The translations under genes were made by a program, and so were the position numbers. Under the pieces are notes generated by a model, which was not told the DNA's origin, did not search any database, and was given only the letters and a program-made list of their open reading frames with translations. Positions 24,114-37,700 of a DNA stretch of 64,000 nucleotides are shown here, piece by piece; position 1 is the first letter of the stretch, and each line of letters starts with the position of its first letter. This stretch comes from Craspedostauros australis (Eukaryota). The stretch is from assembly GCA_030167865.1 (NCBI GenBank), contig JALAGF010002141.1, forward strand, positions 1 through 64,000. The letters are read 5' to 3'.

Positions 24114-26505
24114 CTATGCGACCTTCGACTCATCTCCATGGTCCACACCATGCTGCCGATGAACCTTGCCTGCGTTGTTGGAGGAGACTGGCTCTTCGTC
24201 GTACAGATGCGCGATCACGTCCTCGTACGCTTGCATCACCTTGTGCCGGCGGATGCTCATCTTGGGCGTCAGCATGCTGTTGGCGTTGGTGAACGGAGCC
24301 ACCAGAGCCCATTTGGTGGGGATCTCGAACTTCTTGAATTGGGCGCAGTGGCTCGTCACCTCGCCGTCGATCAGCCGTCGCACGCGATCGTCCGAGGCCA
24401 GATCGTCCTCCGACACGCTGGCGGCAAAATCAAGCTCATCGCGCACCGCGGTCCAATCGGGCACCAGCAGCACCACGTTGTGCGGACGGTTGGCCCCGCA
24501 CAGCACGACCTGGCTGATGAACCGGCTCAGGCTGATCGCTTCTTCGATGGGGGTGGGGACGACGTACTTTCCGTTCTCGAGCTTGTACTGCTCCTTCAGC
24601 CGTCCCGTGACGCGGACCCAGCCATCGTCGTCCATCGTTCCCAGATCGCCCGTGTGAAACATGCGGGACACGCCATCGGGGGCCATCGTGATCACCTCCG
24701 CCGTGTCTTCCGGCTTGTTGTGATAGCCGCGCATCACGTTGGGTCCCACGCAGCAGATCTCGCCCTCCTCTCCGTTCGGCACTTCGTTGCCATCGCCGTT
24801 GATCACGAGCACCTGAACTCCCCCGATCGCTTTGCCGGTGCTGCCGACGCGTCGGTCGGTTGGCACGTTCAATGTGATGATGGGCGACGTCTCCGTCAGA
24901 CCGTACCCTTCGCAGACCGGAATGCCGATGGCGTCCATGAACTTCAGAACTTCGGTGGGGCACGCTGCGCCAGCGACCGTGCCGTATCGCAGGTTGCCGC
25001 CGAAACGGTCGCGGACCTTTGACAGCACCAGGCGGTCCAGGATCTTGTGCTGCGCGCGTTCGAAGAAGCTGAGAGGCTGGCGGTTGCCCTGCGCGGCATC
25101 GTCGTGCTTCGCGCCCATATCCAAGGCTTTCTGCATCATCTTGCTCTTGAGCGGGCTGGATGTTTCGATCATGTTGCGCACTCCATCGTAGACCTTCTTG
25201 TAGAGCGTGGGGACAGCCATGAGCACCGTCGGACGCACGAGCTGCAGATCCTCCAGGATGTGGGGCATGCCACGGCAGACCCCCGAGCTTGCACCCATGG
25301 CGATTCCCATCCAGAGCTCGCAGGTTTGACCGTACGAATGCGCCCATGGAAGGAATGCCAGCGATCGGTCGGACTCGCGGATCAGGTCGCGCTTGGGATT
25401 TTCGACCATGTACAGGGCGGGGGATTGGACGTTGGACACGAAGTTGCTGTGCGTCAGCTCAACGCCTTTGGGGTTGCCGGTGGTGCCCGACGTGTAGATC
25501 AGATCGGCAAGATCCTCCGGTGTGGGAGCCAGCGGCGCGTACGCAAAGTCTCCACTGTGATGCGACATCGCATTTGAAAAGGTGTGAGGCTCGCTGGCAT
25601 CGCCGTCGAGACAGATCAAATCGGCGACGTGCGGTGTGTTGGGCAGCACTTGGTCGCGGACTCTATCGTAGATGTCTTGCGTGGCGCAAAACACCGTGCG
25701 TGCGCTGGAGTCATTGAGGATGTAGGTCCAGTCCGATGCCAGCTGGGCCTCGTACATGGGGACGACCGTTGCGTTGATGGAGAACGCTGCTGTTGCGATG
25801 GCGGCCCATTCCCACCGATTGTTGGCGATGAGGGCAACCTTGTCATGTGCTTTGACATCTGCACGTTGTTGGTGATGTGTGGTATGGCACGATATGGCAA
25901 AGCCGTGGGAATCGGAGCAATACAGTGCGTTAGCGATAGTGTGGTGAGAGTCAGCATGGTGGTTGGAAGAGGCGTTCACTGCCATCGTCAGAACACTGCA
26001 CAATACGATAAGTATAATACGAGTAAAAGGACCCTCAGAGCACTCACGAGGGCACAAGGAGCTTCTCTACATAGCCACGATCACATACCCGCACATGTCA
26101 CTCACCCAAACTCCGCAGGACGGAATGGCATTGCTTGACCTTGGCATCGAACTGCTCAAAGGTCATGAATTCGAAGGAACTGCTTGCGTCGCTGTAGGTG
26201 CCGAACAGATCGTTGGTTGCGTAGACGGCGCAAGCTCGTTCCTGCAATTCGTGGAGCGTATTGAACTTGAGCAATCCTCTTTCATCCAAGTAGGCTTCGG
26301 ACGAGTTCAGCATGCATTGGGGTGCTTCGCTGGTTGGCACCGAACCGATGTCATTGGTGATGACGCTTGCGCTGTTGCTCGGTTGTGATGACGATGCATA
26401 TGCTCGAATGGCGGTGCTGCCCAAGGCACGGGAAGTCTTGCGCAGCAACGTTGCCGATCGATGCGCGATCTTCGTCCATTTCGCGTAACTGGTTGGGAGG
26501 ATCAT
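24114..26505 (-). CDS. Long-chain acyl-CoA synthetase (AMP-binding), probably mitochondrial, 2 exons (26505-26106, 25858-24114)
   Basis: IYTSGTTGNPKG, EGYGLTET, FHTGDLG and GRLKEQYKLENGKYV motifs. R/K/S/T/A-rich N-terminal presequence. Intron 26105-25859 gives SL-D-VKAHDKV. Confidence 0.92.
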
Positions 26506-28256
26506 GATGATGATCACAATTTACTGTGGATGGTGATGTGCTGCGGTTGTCGCCGTCTTGCTTCCTTTTCCTATCACGAGTACGGTGCTGCTCGTTCGTA
26601 CTATACTTGCACGTCGACTCGTACTTTGACTTGCGATGAAGATGGGATGGATGAGGCCTCTGATTTCGCTATCTATGGTGCTGCTCTGCTTGGTGCTGTT
26701 GTGTTTGATTCTACTACTCCGAACGAATTGCTGGGTGATCGCTGCTCTCGTCGATGCGTCGATTTTGTGAGCAGGCAATACCAGCCTGCATGAGAGAACG
26801 ATGACACATGGCCGCAAGGCACGATCATGGCAGGAACAGCATCAGCGAGGCTGATCTCGGCCACGCAGTTTCGCTCTCTGAGAATTCGCACATTGCGACG
26901 GCAATGACAACCAAGAGAGAGAGGTAAAGCACGTGCGAGTGTGTAGATGGTGGTGATGTGCATGATTGATGTCCGAACCTTTTTCTTCGCTCTTTCGTGA
27001 TGTTGACACCACCTTCCTTCCCCTGAGAGCGAACAAAGAACAGAAACGATTCCGCGAGAGATCAATGAATCAACACGTCAACGACACATCAACGAGACAT
27101 CGCTGGACCGACCACTCTTTGAGTTGACTGGAGTCCCCCCTCCCTTCCCCCGCTACGACCTGCTAACTGCGAGGACCCACCGCAGATGAATGAACCGTGG
27201 ACAGCCCGACTTGTCTGTGGGCGAACCCAGGACGAGAAGAACGAGTCGTGGCGAAACTGGTTGGGTTGTCAGTGCCATCAATGACCGCCCAGATTCGTGG
27301 GTGGCGTCAACGATGCCGCCATCCTCGGTTGACACGGTGTTCGCATGACTCGATTCTCACCATGCCAACCCACTCATGACGCGCACGGTTCGAGTTGACG
27401 CCAGCCAGGAAGAATGCAATTCCGCAGACACCAGCCAGCCCGAGGACTGCTATACTCATCATTCGTAGTTAGTAGAGTGCTTGGATGCCCTATTGTAGCA
27501 GTAGAGCAGAGTAGAATAGCAGAGCACATTGTGTACCAACCGACCCATCTCCTCAATATGTGCGTTACATCTCCCATCAGCCGCTGCATGAAGATGCAGC
27601 AAAGGAGAAGGCCTTCTTGTGTGACATTCGTCTCTCTTGGCCACAAGCCTCTTGTCTCTCTCTCTCTTTGTTGCGTGGAGAAGAATTCTCCATCCAACAT
27701 CACGATGATTCTTCGCCGCCACCAAGGCGAATCCACCAGGGATGAAGTCTCTGATGCCACGTGGAATATTGTTTTCGTGGCACGATACATGAGGTATCAC
27801 AAGGAGATATGACAAGAATCAACGAAATTACGTATATACTCTATTCTGAGTACCAAGTCGAACAAAAATGAAGCCAAAAGACAATTCCACCAAACCCCAA
27901 TGCACAAACACCACATGACGCAACACTACGCAACACGGCGCAACACGACATGACCACAAACGGAACGGCGTGGCGGAGCACGAGCCAAAACAGGTGGCGA
28001 CTCAACTGCGCGCATTTGAAACTTGGGGACTGGCAACTTGCTTCATCCCTCCCACCATTGCATCTGCTGCATACGAGCGCTCGAGTTCGTGCCATACCAA
28101 TTGCAACCAAGCATCAAAGCAGGTATCATACAATACAATACATCACTGAGACGAGGGAGAAACAGCAGCAGTTGCAGCATTAGCAGCAGCAACCAAAGGA
28201 CGAGAAGAAGAAGAAGAGGAAGAAGCCGACAGAGGCCAAGTGAAACGAGAGCAACC

Positions 28257-29715
28257 ATGGCGTTCAACAAGATGTTCGTGATGCTGCCGATGATGCTGGC
28301 AGCAAGGAAGATTGATGGGGAGGACCCCGTGATGGTGTACTGGCTCCGGGTTGCGTACGGTGTCATTCAGACGATCTGCGTCCTGCTGGTCATCTACACC
28401 TACATCCTGGCATCCAACCAGGCAGGCCAGCACAAGCAGATGATCTACGTCCCACCTGCTGCGACGGTGAGTACTATTACATGATGCAGGCGCTGCAGAT
28501 TGCTTCCGTGGTTTGCAACGACGCAATGAGGGAGGATTGAGGAATAGGAAAAGGGCGAGGTGAACGGGGAACGGGGTTTGACACGTTGCAAAACGATCCC
28601 TATGTGCCATGTTCGTCACCATCTTTACTCGTACCCAACAGTTTCTAACACCTTCTCTGCTATGCGCAAATTCGACCCGGCGTTGATTGTTCATAACACT
28701 CGAAATGTGTGTGGAATAATCATTCGATCATTACACGCGTACATGTCATACGTTATCACTATCGTACTCGTGCAATGCTACCCACAACAACGACTCCACT
28801 GTGCAACATGATGGACACGGAACGTTTTTGATCAATGAACTCTAAATGTTATTCGAATGAATGCGAATGAATTCACATGAACAAACAAATGCACAATCAA
28901 ACAAATCACACGTACAGCCATTCGCCGATCCAAATGCCAAGAAGAAGTACACCCAGGTGGCGTACAGCGCGCACGTCCTCACCACGGCACGATCTCTGGT
29001 AGGCAGCACGTTGTTTGGGGTTGCCATGACCGTCGGACTGCACCTGTACAAAGGCATGGTTGTGGGACTGGCCATGCAGACAGTCATGGCACCGTTGAAT
29101 CTCATCGAGAACGCTCTGGTCAAGGCCGTCATCTTCGGGGGTGGATTCAAGCCGGAAGACAAGATTTTCGAAGAAAAGGCATCCAGCGAGCTGACGGATG
29201 AGGATGAGATCGTGGACGATTCCGGCAACCCTGTGGTCAAGGAGATCGGAACCAACAAAACCAAAACATTCGAGGATCTGCTGCTGGATACGTGGGATGC
29301 CGGTGCCAAGGCAGATATCGGCCCCCTCATGGCGGCCATCACCAAGAAGAATTGCAATTTCAGCACCAAGGAGAACGGATGGACCCCGCTCATGGTCCTC
29401 GGAGGTCTCTCGGTCAAGGGCGTCGGCAGCGCCATCCGTCAGATCAAGGAGCTCGGGGGCAACCCCGCCATCACGGACGGCGACGGCTGGAACGCCATGC
29501 ATTGGGCCGCCTTCCACGGCAGTCCCGAAAGTGCCAAGGAGCTCGTCAAGGACCCATCCCTCCTCACCGTGAAGGACAAGGAAGGCAAGACACCCATCGA
29601 AATGGCAAAGGCGGAGAACAACAAGGACGTCTCGAGCATACTGGAGGACACGGCGGCGACCACCGACGCATCAGAAAAGACCAAGGCGGACACGGGCCTC
29701 AGAAAACGCAAATAA
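28257..29715 (+). CDS. Pho88/SND3-like membrane protein fused to C-terminal ankyrin repeats, 2 exons (28257-28466, 28918-29715)
   Basis: N-terminal KID.EDP..VYWLRVAY, TM segments and LHLYKG....LAMQ.VM.PLNLIEN.LVK match Pho88/SND3. GWTPLM, GWNAMHWAA and GKTPIEMA are ankyrin motifs. Phase-0 intron 28467-28917. Confidence 0.82.
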
Positions 29716-30337
29716 GCAGAATCCAGACAGCGTGGAGGAACGGCAAGGACCGTGTCATCTGGACAGTGTGCGCGCGTGATGCGATGTTGTGAAGCAAGCA
29801 AGAATGAACAAAGTAGAATCCACAGTTGGAAAACAAGAGAGTCACTCCACGTAATCGTAGTATTATGCCACAGAGGCGCCTTTTTCTCGTCGTCTTGATC
29901 TCGCATCTCCTGTTTGTTTTGTTCGTTGCCCTCTGTCTGTGCCGTTACTCGTGTTCGTCGGCACCGCCAAATCCTCATGCTTTCTTCATGGTGACCTCTC
30001 CTCCGGTTGCGGCCAGACAGCAGCAACAAGAGAAGCACCATGGTCGCAAGTATTGCTGTTATCAACAGCAACAGCAAACACAACCACCACGACGTCAATG
30101 CCAATGCAATGGAATTCTATGCATGTTGTTTATTTGTTGAGTAATTATGTATGAGCTGTTGCAATGTGCAACATATGTCGGTTTGACTTGTATTATTTTG
30201 CTTTGAATCGGTTGAAGATGTGTATTGGTGCAGTGAGTGTATTGATGCTCTCTCTCTCTCTCTCTCTCTCTGGAGCATGTATGCGTCTTCATGCGCCTTT
30301 CGGCATAGTGCAGGCGACAAACGCGCCACCACGATGC

Positions 30338-33218
30338 TTAGTTGCTGTATTTGGCCACGAATGCGGTGTGGTGATCCTGAATCTCTCCAACGACCCGCTT
30401 CATTTCATTCTCCGGGGGCAGGAAGGTTGTTCGGAATCCGTACCGGCCCTTCTCCTGTCCGAAGCCGGATGCTGGCACCACGCAGACGCCAGTCTTTTGC
30501 AGCAACGAAACGGAGTAGAGCGTGTCTGGCGTCACACCCTGGTTCCTGGCCTCGTCGATTGCCCCTTGTGGGATTCTCACAGATGGGAAGCAGTACATGG
30601 ATCCCTGCGCCGGTTGGCATGAGAATCCTGGAATTTCGTTCAATCCATCGCTGAGGATCTTGGCACGGCGCTTGAGACTGCTGAAAATTGCTGCCTTCTC
30701 CCCTTCGTGGCTTTCGTACGACTCATCGCCAGGCTCCGGACCTCGCACCATGAGACTGGTCATGATCTGACCTGAGACGGTGGAGCACAAGCTTGCGGAT
30801 GCCAACTTGTACAGATGGTCATGGACGTCTGGGTCGATGCCGGTCAGCTCCATGTAACCGCCGCGTCGTCCGCATTCGCCGTAGACACCCTTGGATGTGG
30901 AATGGAAGGAGAAGAGCTCGATGTCGTCATTCTCCAGCAGACCGGCGTCGAATGCGGCACGCTTGGTGCTGTAGAATTCTGCCTTCTCGTCGTACACGTT
31001 CTCCTGGTAGACCTCATCAGCGAGCAACACCAGCTTGTGCTTGGCGCAGAAGCGCACGATGTCCCTGACGGATTCCTTCGGCAGGACCTGCCCGGTTGGG
31101 TTGCCTGGGTTGATGAGGACGAATGAGTTGACCTTGATGCCTCTGCGCTTGGCATCCGCCAACGATTGCTCCATCTGTTCCATGGTGCAGTCCCAGCCTG
31201 ACTTTTCGTCGAGCATGTAGCCCACCTTTTGCCCACCGAGCAAATCGAGGGTGGCGCTGTAGATTGGGTACTGCGGGATTGGGATCATGGTTCCACTGTC
31301 ATTCCAACATATCCAATTTGGTTTGTTCGATTGTACGATAGTTGTATTTGGTTCATTGTAGGCCGTTGCGTTGCATTTCGTTGCGATACAATGGGAACAC
31401 AACATCACCATCGTGACAAGTTGTGATGTATGGCAAGAGACGGAAGCGGACGCATCGAAGAGGATACGAATCGAGTTGATTGAAGCATGCGAATAGGTGA
31501 GCAAAGCAAAAGGGACGGAAGGGAATAGAGCACGTCAACAAACGAATGAAAGAGCAGCAAGGCAAGCGCGCATGCATGGATACAATGTGATATACAATGT
31601 GATCAATACACGCTGGTGCAACGTACCATGTGTTGTCTGCCACGAGAGCATGCAGCACGTGTCCGATGGCAGCGCTGGCGCCGTTGGTGATGAAGATGTC
31701 ATCCGGGTTGCATGGCACACCACCATCACGATCCTCGATGAACTTGGCAATGTCTTCGCGGAAGATGCGCGCTCCCTGGCTGTGGGTGTAAGCGCCGGAT
31801 CCGCCGAGTCCCAGACCCTTCTTGATGGCACGCGCACGTCGGATGGCATCGGCTGGGAAGAGGCTTGTTGCGGCAGGGTGATCGACGCCGAACTCGCTGG
31901 GCAAGTCGACCAAGGCGAGAACTTGGCGTGGCCATGTCAACGGCTTCTGGCCGACGGATTGCGGGTTGCCAATGTTGGTGTAAACAATGTGATCGAAGGG
32001 GTACTTGCCGGGGTTGTGCTCCATGTCGTCGTTGATCTTGTCCGCCGCGATGACGACACTGCCACGCACTGCGTACTCCATCGATCTCAGATTGGGGCAC
32101 ATGGTTTGTTCGTTGAGGGTCTTCATCTTCAATTCTGTTGTCCAGGATGGATGGTATTGATGTTGCGATTGAGTTCAATGTCGATGATGATGTCGATGAT
32201 GATGTGGGTGACGTCAATGCATTCGTGGAGATACGTGAACAGTCGTCGTTGTTGTTATTTATGTGATGAACAAGGATCCAGAGCAATTGAAATCACAAGA
32301 GCACCCCATCAGAAGCAGATTGCGACAGTGATTACATAGTTGAAGGCGGTTGTGCGTTGTGCGTTGGTTGTTGTTGTTTGCGGCCGTTGGTGTAGTTGCA
32401 GAGTTGTGAGCCGCGCAATTGCGATGGATTTCGGTTCGTGTCGACGTCCCCGTTCGGTTTCGCAGTTGTGTGAGATGTGATGCGTGCGTGTGCCGACATG
32501 GTCGTCACCGTCAGAGAGAGCAAAGAGAAGAGGAGTGGATGTTGGTGTCAGATGATGTGCAGGCATCAGAGTCACCGAGGTGCCAATACGAACAGCAAGA
32601 CTTCGGCGCAGAGTAAGAGTTGTCTTGATTGCGGAAGGCCATCGGTGACACTCCCTCATAGGATCCAACTTGAGGAGACACGAGGTGACATGAGGAAGGG
32701 AAGAAGGGGAGAAGAGGCGGAATGCCGCTGCCGATCTTCCTTCTGAGGGGAGGGCATCCGGCGAGAAATCACCAGTTGCCGCATGGAGCGACCTTCTCAT
32801 CGAACCCGAAGAGGCGCGATGTCGCCTGGGCTGTTTGGCGCTGCTTCGGGTTCACCTGAGTTTTGCTCCGTTGGTCGCTGTTGAGGTTATCGGATTTGCA
32901 AGCGGCAAGTCCATCTTCCTTGTCGGGGTTCTTCTTCGTCTTCCTTCACCATTGCAATTTCCGCAACTCAGCTGTCTCCGCAAATGAAGAAGGCAGCAAC
33001 CCCCATGTCGACCAAGCAGAAACGTACGCGCATTGCGAAGCGCGTTGGCCGTATGCCAATGGAGCAGATCACTCTGCTCGCACTCTGCACGAGCACACCA
33101 AACTGAACTCACGTTGGTTGACCTTGGCGGGAGCCACGGAGGCAGCGCCGAGCTCCAGCACCAGCAGACATGCCGCCAAGAATGCGCCCATGCGCGTTGA
33201 TGATCTTCCTTCCATCAT
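30338..33218 (-). CDS. Alanine aminotransferase (PLP class I/II). Exons 33218-33113 (signal peptide, inferred), 32134-31627 and 31295-30338
   Basis: MEYAVRG, TNIGNPQ, GAYTHSQG, IPIPQYPIYSA, INPGNPTG, ADEVYQ and FHSTSKG..GECGRRGG motifs. Intron 31626-31296 is in frame. The upstream exon joins in phase through a 978-nt intron; an alternative start is ATG 32126. Confidence 0.9.
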
Positions 33219-34755
33219 GGTGGCGATCTCGATTGTATAGTATTCTTCGGCTTGCTGTGGTGGTGGTGTGTTTGTATTGTGTTTGTATTGCGCCACTTGA
33301 TTCTTCAACCGGCTCGATTCCTTGGCAGCTTCTCTCTTCTCGATTGCTTGCTCCTTCTCTCTTGGATTGTGTGTCGTTCTTGTGCAATCACAGGTCCAGT
33401 TGATGGCTTTGAAAATGCAAATGCCAGTTGTGCTTTGGTATGATGTTGTTGAAGCTGTCTCTTCTTGGCCTATTTTGTGTAATAACTTGGATAATGCAAT
33501 AGTACCGCGCACGCATTCACAACCACGCAGATTGGAAGGAATCAACGATGATGCAAGGAGACGGGAGAGTGACTTTGGGCAGGCACAACACTCTTTGGGT
33601 GTGAGGGTCGCAGATGGTGGTCTTTATTTTCGTTTTGTGTGATCTTTGGTGGATTGGTGTGGCGATGCTGTCTGATGCGCTGTGGTGACACCACCAACAC
33701 GCGAACAGATCGTAAAAGAAGCCCCAACAAAGAGGATCCATTCTGCGTGTTTGGCTTCTTCGCTTTCTCCCACTGTTGCTGATGCACACGTCATCAACCC
33801 GAATCAAAACATCAACACCAACGTCAACACCAACGTCAACACCAACTTCCCAAAAAACAGAGGAGACTTCGCGTTGCGAGCTGCCCACGATTGGCTCTGT
33901 CGTTCACGATCGTGTCTCGCTTTGATTGAACATGACAACGACAAACAAGACCGCGGACGAAGGTCGGTCGGAGGCCAGGCACGATTTGCGGACCATCCAC
34001 AACGAGTGTTCTTGTCTGCGACGAAACAAGCCTGATAAACTATGACGACGACGAGCCGTCAGAATTGCGGCGATGGTGATCTGACAACCGATCGTATTAT
34101 AATATAATACCACACTGCTCTAAAGCCTACGTGACGTTCTGCCCAGTGTGCGATTCCGAGGCTGCGAGCACACCCTGTTCCAGGAAACAACATCCCAACA
34201 AGTGTTCTGCAAACAGTAGCAGATTGTTTTGCTGCTTGGGTTCAGAGGTTGGTATCAGCTCCACGATGACGGACAGCACCCTCGTGCAGGATCATCCATC
34301 CCTTGATCCGCACGACGACAGTGGTCGTCCAGCAGAAGGAAACCGCATGCCTCCAGCATACTCGTACTCTGCTTGCAGAGTGCAGCGTCGTGGCTCGTGT
34401 CAGGAAGTGTTCTGTCATATTATACTTGCTATACTCTTCTAGTCGTACTCCTATTGGTATCTCTGTCGATTGTGATACTGCACGTTTCATCAGTGCAATC
34501 CAAACATCCAACAGGTAGCAGCCAGCAGCCAACAGTCAGCAACAGGTAGCAGCCGTCACGAGAGGCATGCATCAGTCGCTTACTCTCCGCAGCCGATACT
34601 GCTTCCACACCGCATCGCACTGCACCGCGATGTGCTGTGCTGCATAGTTCTCCTTCCCCTTGTGCCGCTTATGGTTCACTCACACGCAGCCTTGCATCAG
34701 CGTATCGCAGCAACCTTCGTCGCGCGTGTTGGATGGATGGATGGATGACAAATTG

Positions 34756-37700
34756 TCAGTTGCTCCTCTTCGAGGCGGCTGCGTGCATGCCCGTCTTGGA
34801 TTGGACCGACACGTGAACGGAGCGTTTGCCAGATGCCTGCAACTCAATCGCCGTGTTTTCGCCACCCTCGGCACCACCGCCGCTGAGAGGGACGCAGGGC
34901 TGCGAGAATTCATCAAAGAACCGCACGAATCGATCTGCGTAATCATCGGGGCGCACGCAACTGGGCTCTTCGAAGCCCTCCACCTTGCGGTAGCTCGTCT
35001 CAACGCGTTTGCGGACGTTGTACTGCTGCAGAATGTCAATGATTCCCATGTAGAAGATCTTGCCTGTGTAGGGTCGGATGCCGTTGGGTGTCTTGAAATG
35101 CATGGGCTTCTCCAATCCGGTTGTGTCCATCATGAATCCACCGTCCTTGCGGTTTGACAACGGCGCGACGAATTCAGGGATCTGCCAAGCCTTCAGCAAC
35201 TGCCCGTGTCCTTCGCACGTGCAGGGACTGTTGCTGCAGCGGTAACACGATTTTGGGGCCATGCGCCTGTGTCCATTGATGTCAAAGAGACGGTGGAACG
35301 GCCAGAAGATCTGCTCGATGGTGTGCTCCTTCTTGAACTCCATGTCGTCGAAGTTTTCGTCCGAATGGTATCCGGTGGGGTTGCCCTGCTCGGCGCCGTC
35401 AAGGTAGCTGTTGTCATCCTCCTCATCGAGCATGCCACCGATCGTGTCGCGCACTGTGGACGGGCTCATGGTGGAATCACGGAAATCCAGGATGAGCTTC
35501 TTCGTCGAATCGGACTGCGCGTCAGCTAGCTTGCTGTCCGATTTGAGCTGCTCCGCCTTGAGGTCGGAGACGTGCGAGCTGGCGTTGCTGCTGTCATCTG
35601 GGTGCTCGCCTGACCTGTGGTGGATGCCGCTGCCACTGCCACCAGCCAAAGACTGATCCGCGTTGCGGCTGTTGCGGCGGTTCTGCGGCTTTCTTATTCT
35701 GAATCCGGTCTTGGCGATGCTGCCGGGTGCCACGTTGTGCTTGGGTGGGATGTGATGGATGCCGACGAGGAGGGAGTAGTCCATGATCTGCATTCTCTGC
35801 AGGAATTTGCTATCGCTGGAGATCTGATCTCGCAAGCGCTTGCGAGCATCGGCGTGCATGGCCAACGACTCCTGCGGCAGCTTTGCTCTGAGGTCATTGT
35901 CTTTGAGGACGTCCTGCCCAGGCTTTGCTTCACGACCAAGTACAGATCCCTTCAAATCATAAAAAGTCTGGAGGTACTTGTCCGTGTAGTACACCGAGTT
36001 CATGATGACGAATTTGACGTTACGTCGGAGGTGGTAGAGTTTGACACGGTACATTCCGTAGAACTTTGGAAGCAAGGTGTTTGGGTTCTTCGTGCAGTGC
36101 TGGAAATAGTGCGGCAATACTGTAATTTGTTTGTTTTGGACGTCAGTGAATGGCATGGCATGGGTGAGTGAGTGGCCAGTGGAGGAGAACACATGAGCTT
36201 TTGTGTAGAGTTTGAAGTTTGCAAGGTGGTGCGCAGAAGACAATGCAATGCAATGCAGTGCATTGCGTTAGAATGCGCCACACACGGCACACACAGATAT
36301 GAACTTACTTCTTCGCAAGAATTTGCTCTCGGCGTTGGTCATGGTCTTGATCATGTACTTTCCGTCGCTGGAGTAAAAGAAGAATTGGCCACTCTTGGCG
36401 TTGGAGATGAATTCGATAAAGTTCGCATTGCCGCAGACGGAGAGGAGGAAGTCGAATTCGTTGACACCGAACATGCGGCGGACGTAGGCGAATGCCATGG
36501 GAGCGTAGTCCTTGAATTTGAAGGTGTGCTTGAGCTTGTGCGGCGGGGTCGTGGGTGATCCTTTGGGGGCGAATTCGTACTTTTCTTCCATCATGAAATC
36601 CTGTGGAGTGAGGGTTCTGCGTCCGTCGGCTGCCGTGATGGCGCTGTTGGTCTTGGCGATTGATGTGCGGACTCCCAGCATGACGGCGATGGACAAGGCG
36701 TAGAGCTCGTGCTTGCCGTCAATAACCTTGCCCTTGACGTACGACTTTCTGTCCTTCTTTTCGCCGTTCTTCTTCTTGCGACGCCAGCGCTGCAACGTCA
36801 AGAGGTTGTGAGGGTCCACGGCTCCCAGAACTACGATGATCATTTTGCATGGTGTGTTGTGATGGTCGCAGTGGTGCATGTAAACAGGTCAACAGGAATA
36901 TGTACGAGTGAATGTGGAAATGGATTTAGGACACCAATGAATGAGAAAATGAATGAATGAATGAATGCAATGCGAAGAAGATGGTGAGATGGTTGGAGAC
37001 GGACGCAAGGGAGGGCGTGCAATTCATCACGATGCAGCGCAACGGTATTTGCTGCAACACCACAGCCATTCATTCATCGACACTGATCATTCATGTATTC
37101 ATTCATTCACAACCCAATACTCACACTTCCTGCCTGCTTCCATGGTGGCGTTGTAAACGTCGGCAGGAATATCCTTGGCGTCATCGCTCTGTTGGGGATG
37201 GCGCTTGTGCCCCCTGTCATCATCCTCGGCTGGCGCGACGGCCGCTGCGCTGCCTATCGGTGGCGGCTTGAGAGACTGTGTTGCCTGATGGGGTTGCGAG
37301 TGCTGCTGCGGCTGGTGCACGTCGGTTGTTGCGGCAGCGGGGGCGACCTTTCGATTGTTAGCCGTGGAAACCGGGGTGACGAGGTCATCCTGCGGCAGCG
37401 GCTCGTCGGGCGGGGGCATTACAGCGCTGGGGACATCGTATTCCGCATGAAGGTTGTTGTTGTGGCTGCTGTTGTTGTTGCTGTTGACGTTGTTGATGCC
37501 GATGTGGACGTTGCCTTCGAGGGAGCCGTCTCCTTCATCTGCGCTGCCGTCATCGTCCTCCGCCTCTTCCTCGACGATGTACATCTCCGAATCGGGATCC
37601 TGGGTGGCGATCTGACCTGGCGGAATGCGCGGCGGCTTTCCACGCGCAGTTCCGCTCTTGCCACGGCCCGTGACCTTCTTGACGAAGCGGGGCACGGCCT

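Noticed and set aside
27380-27400. GGTTCGAGT B-box / T-loop-like motif
   Set aside because: The flanks do not form a T-stem or cloverleaf, so it is not a tRNA.
32760-32870. Possible intronic TPP riboswitch
   Set aside because: The TPP aptamer consensus elements are not present in the right order. Only a generic hairpin is supported.
32852-33112. In-frame TGA codons after the signal-peptide ORF suggesting a selenoprotein or readthrough
   Set aside because: Better explained by the GTGAGT donor at 33112; the TGAs are intronic.
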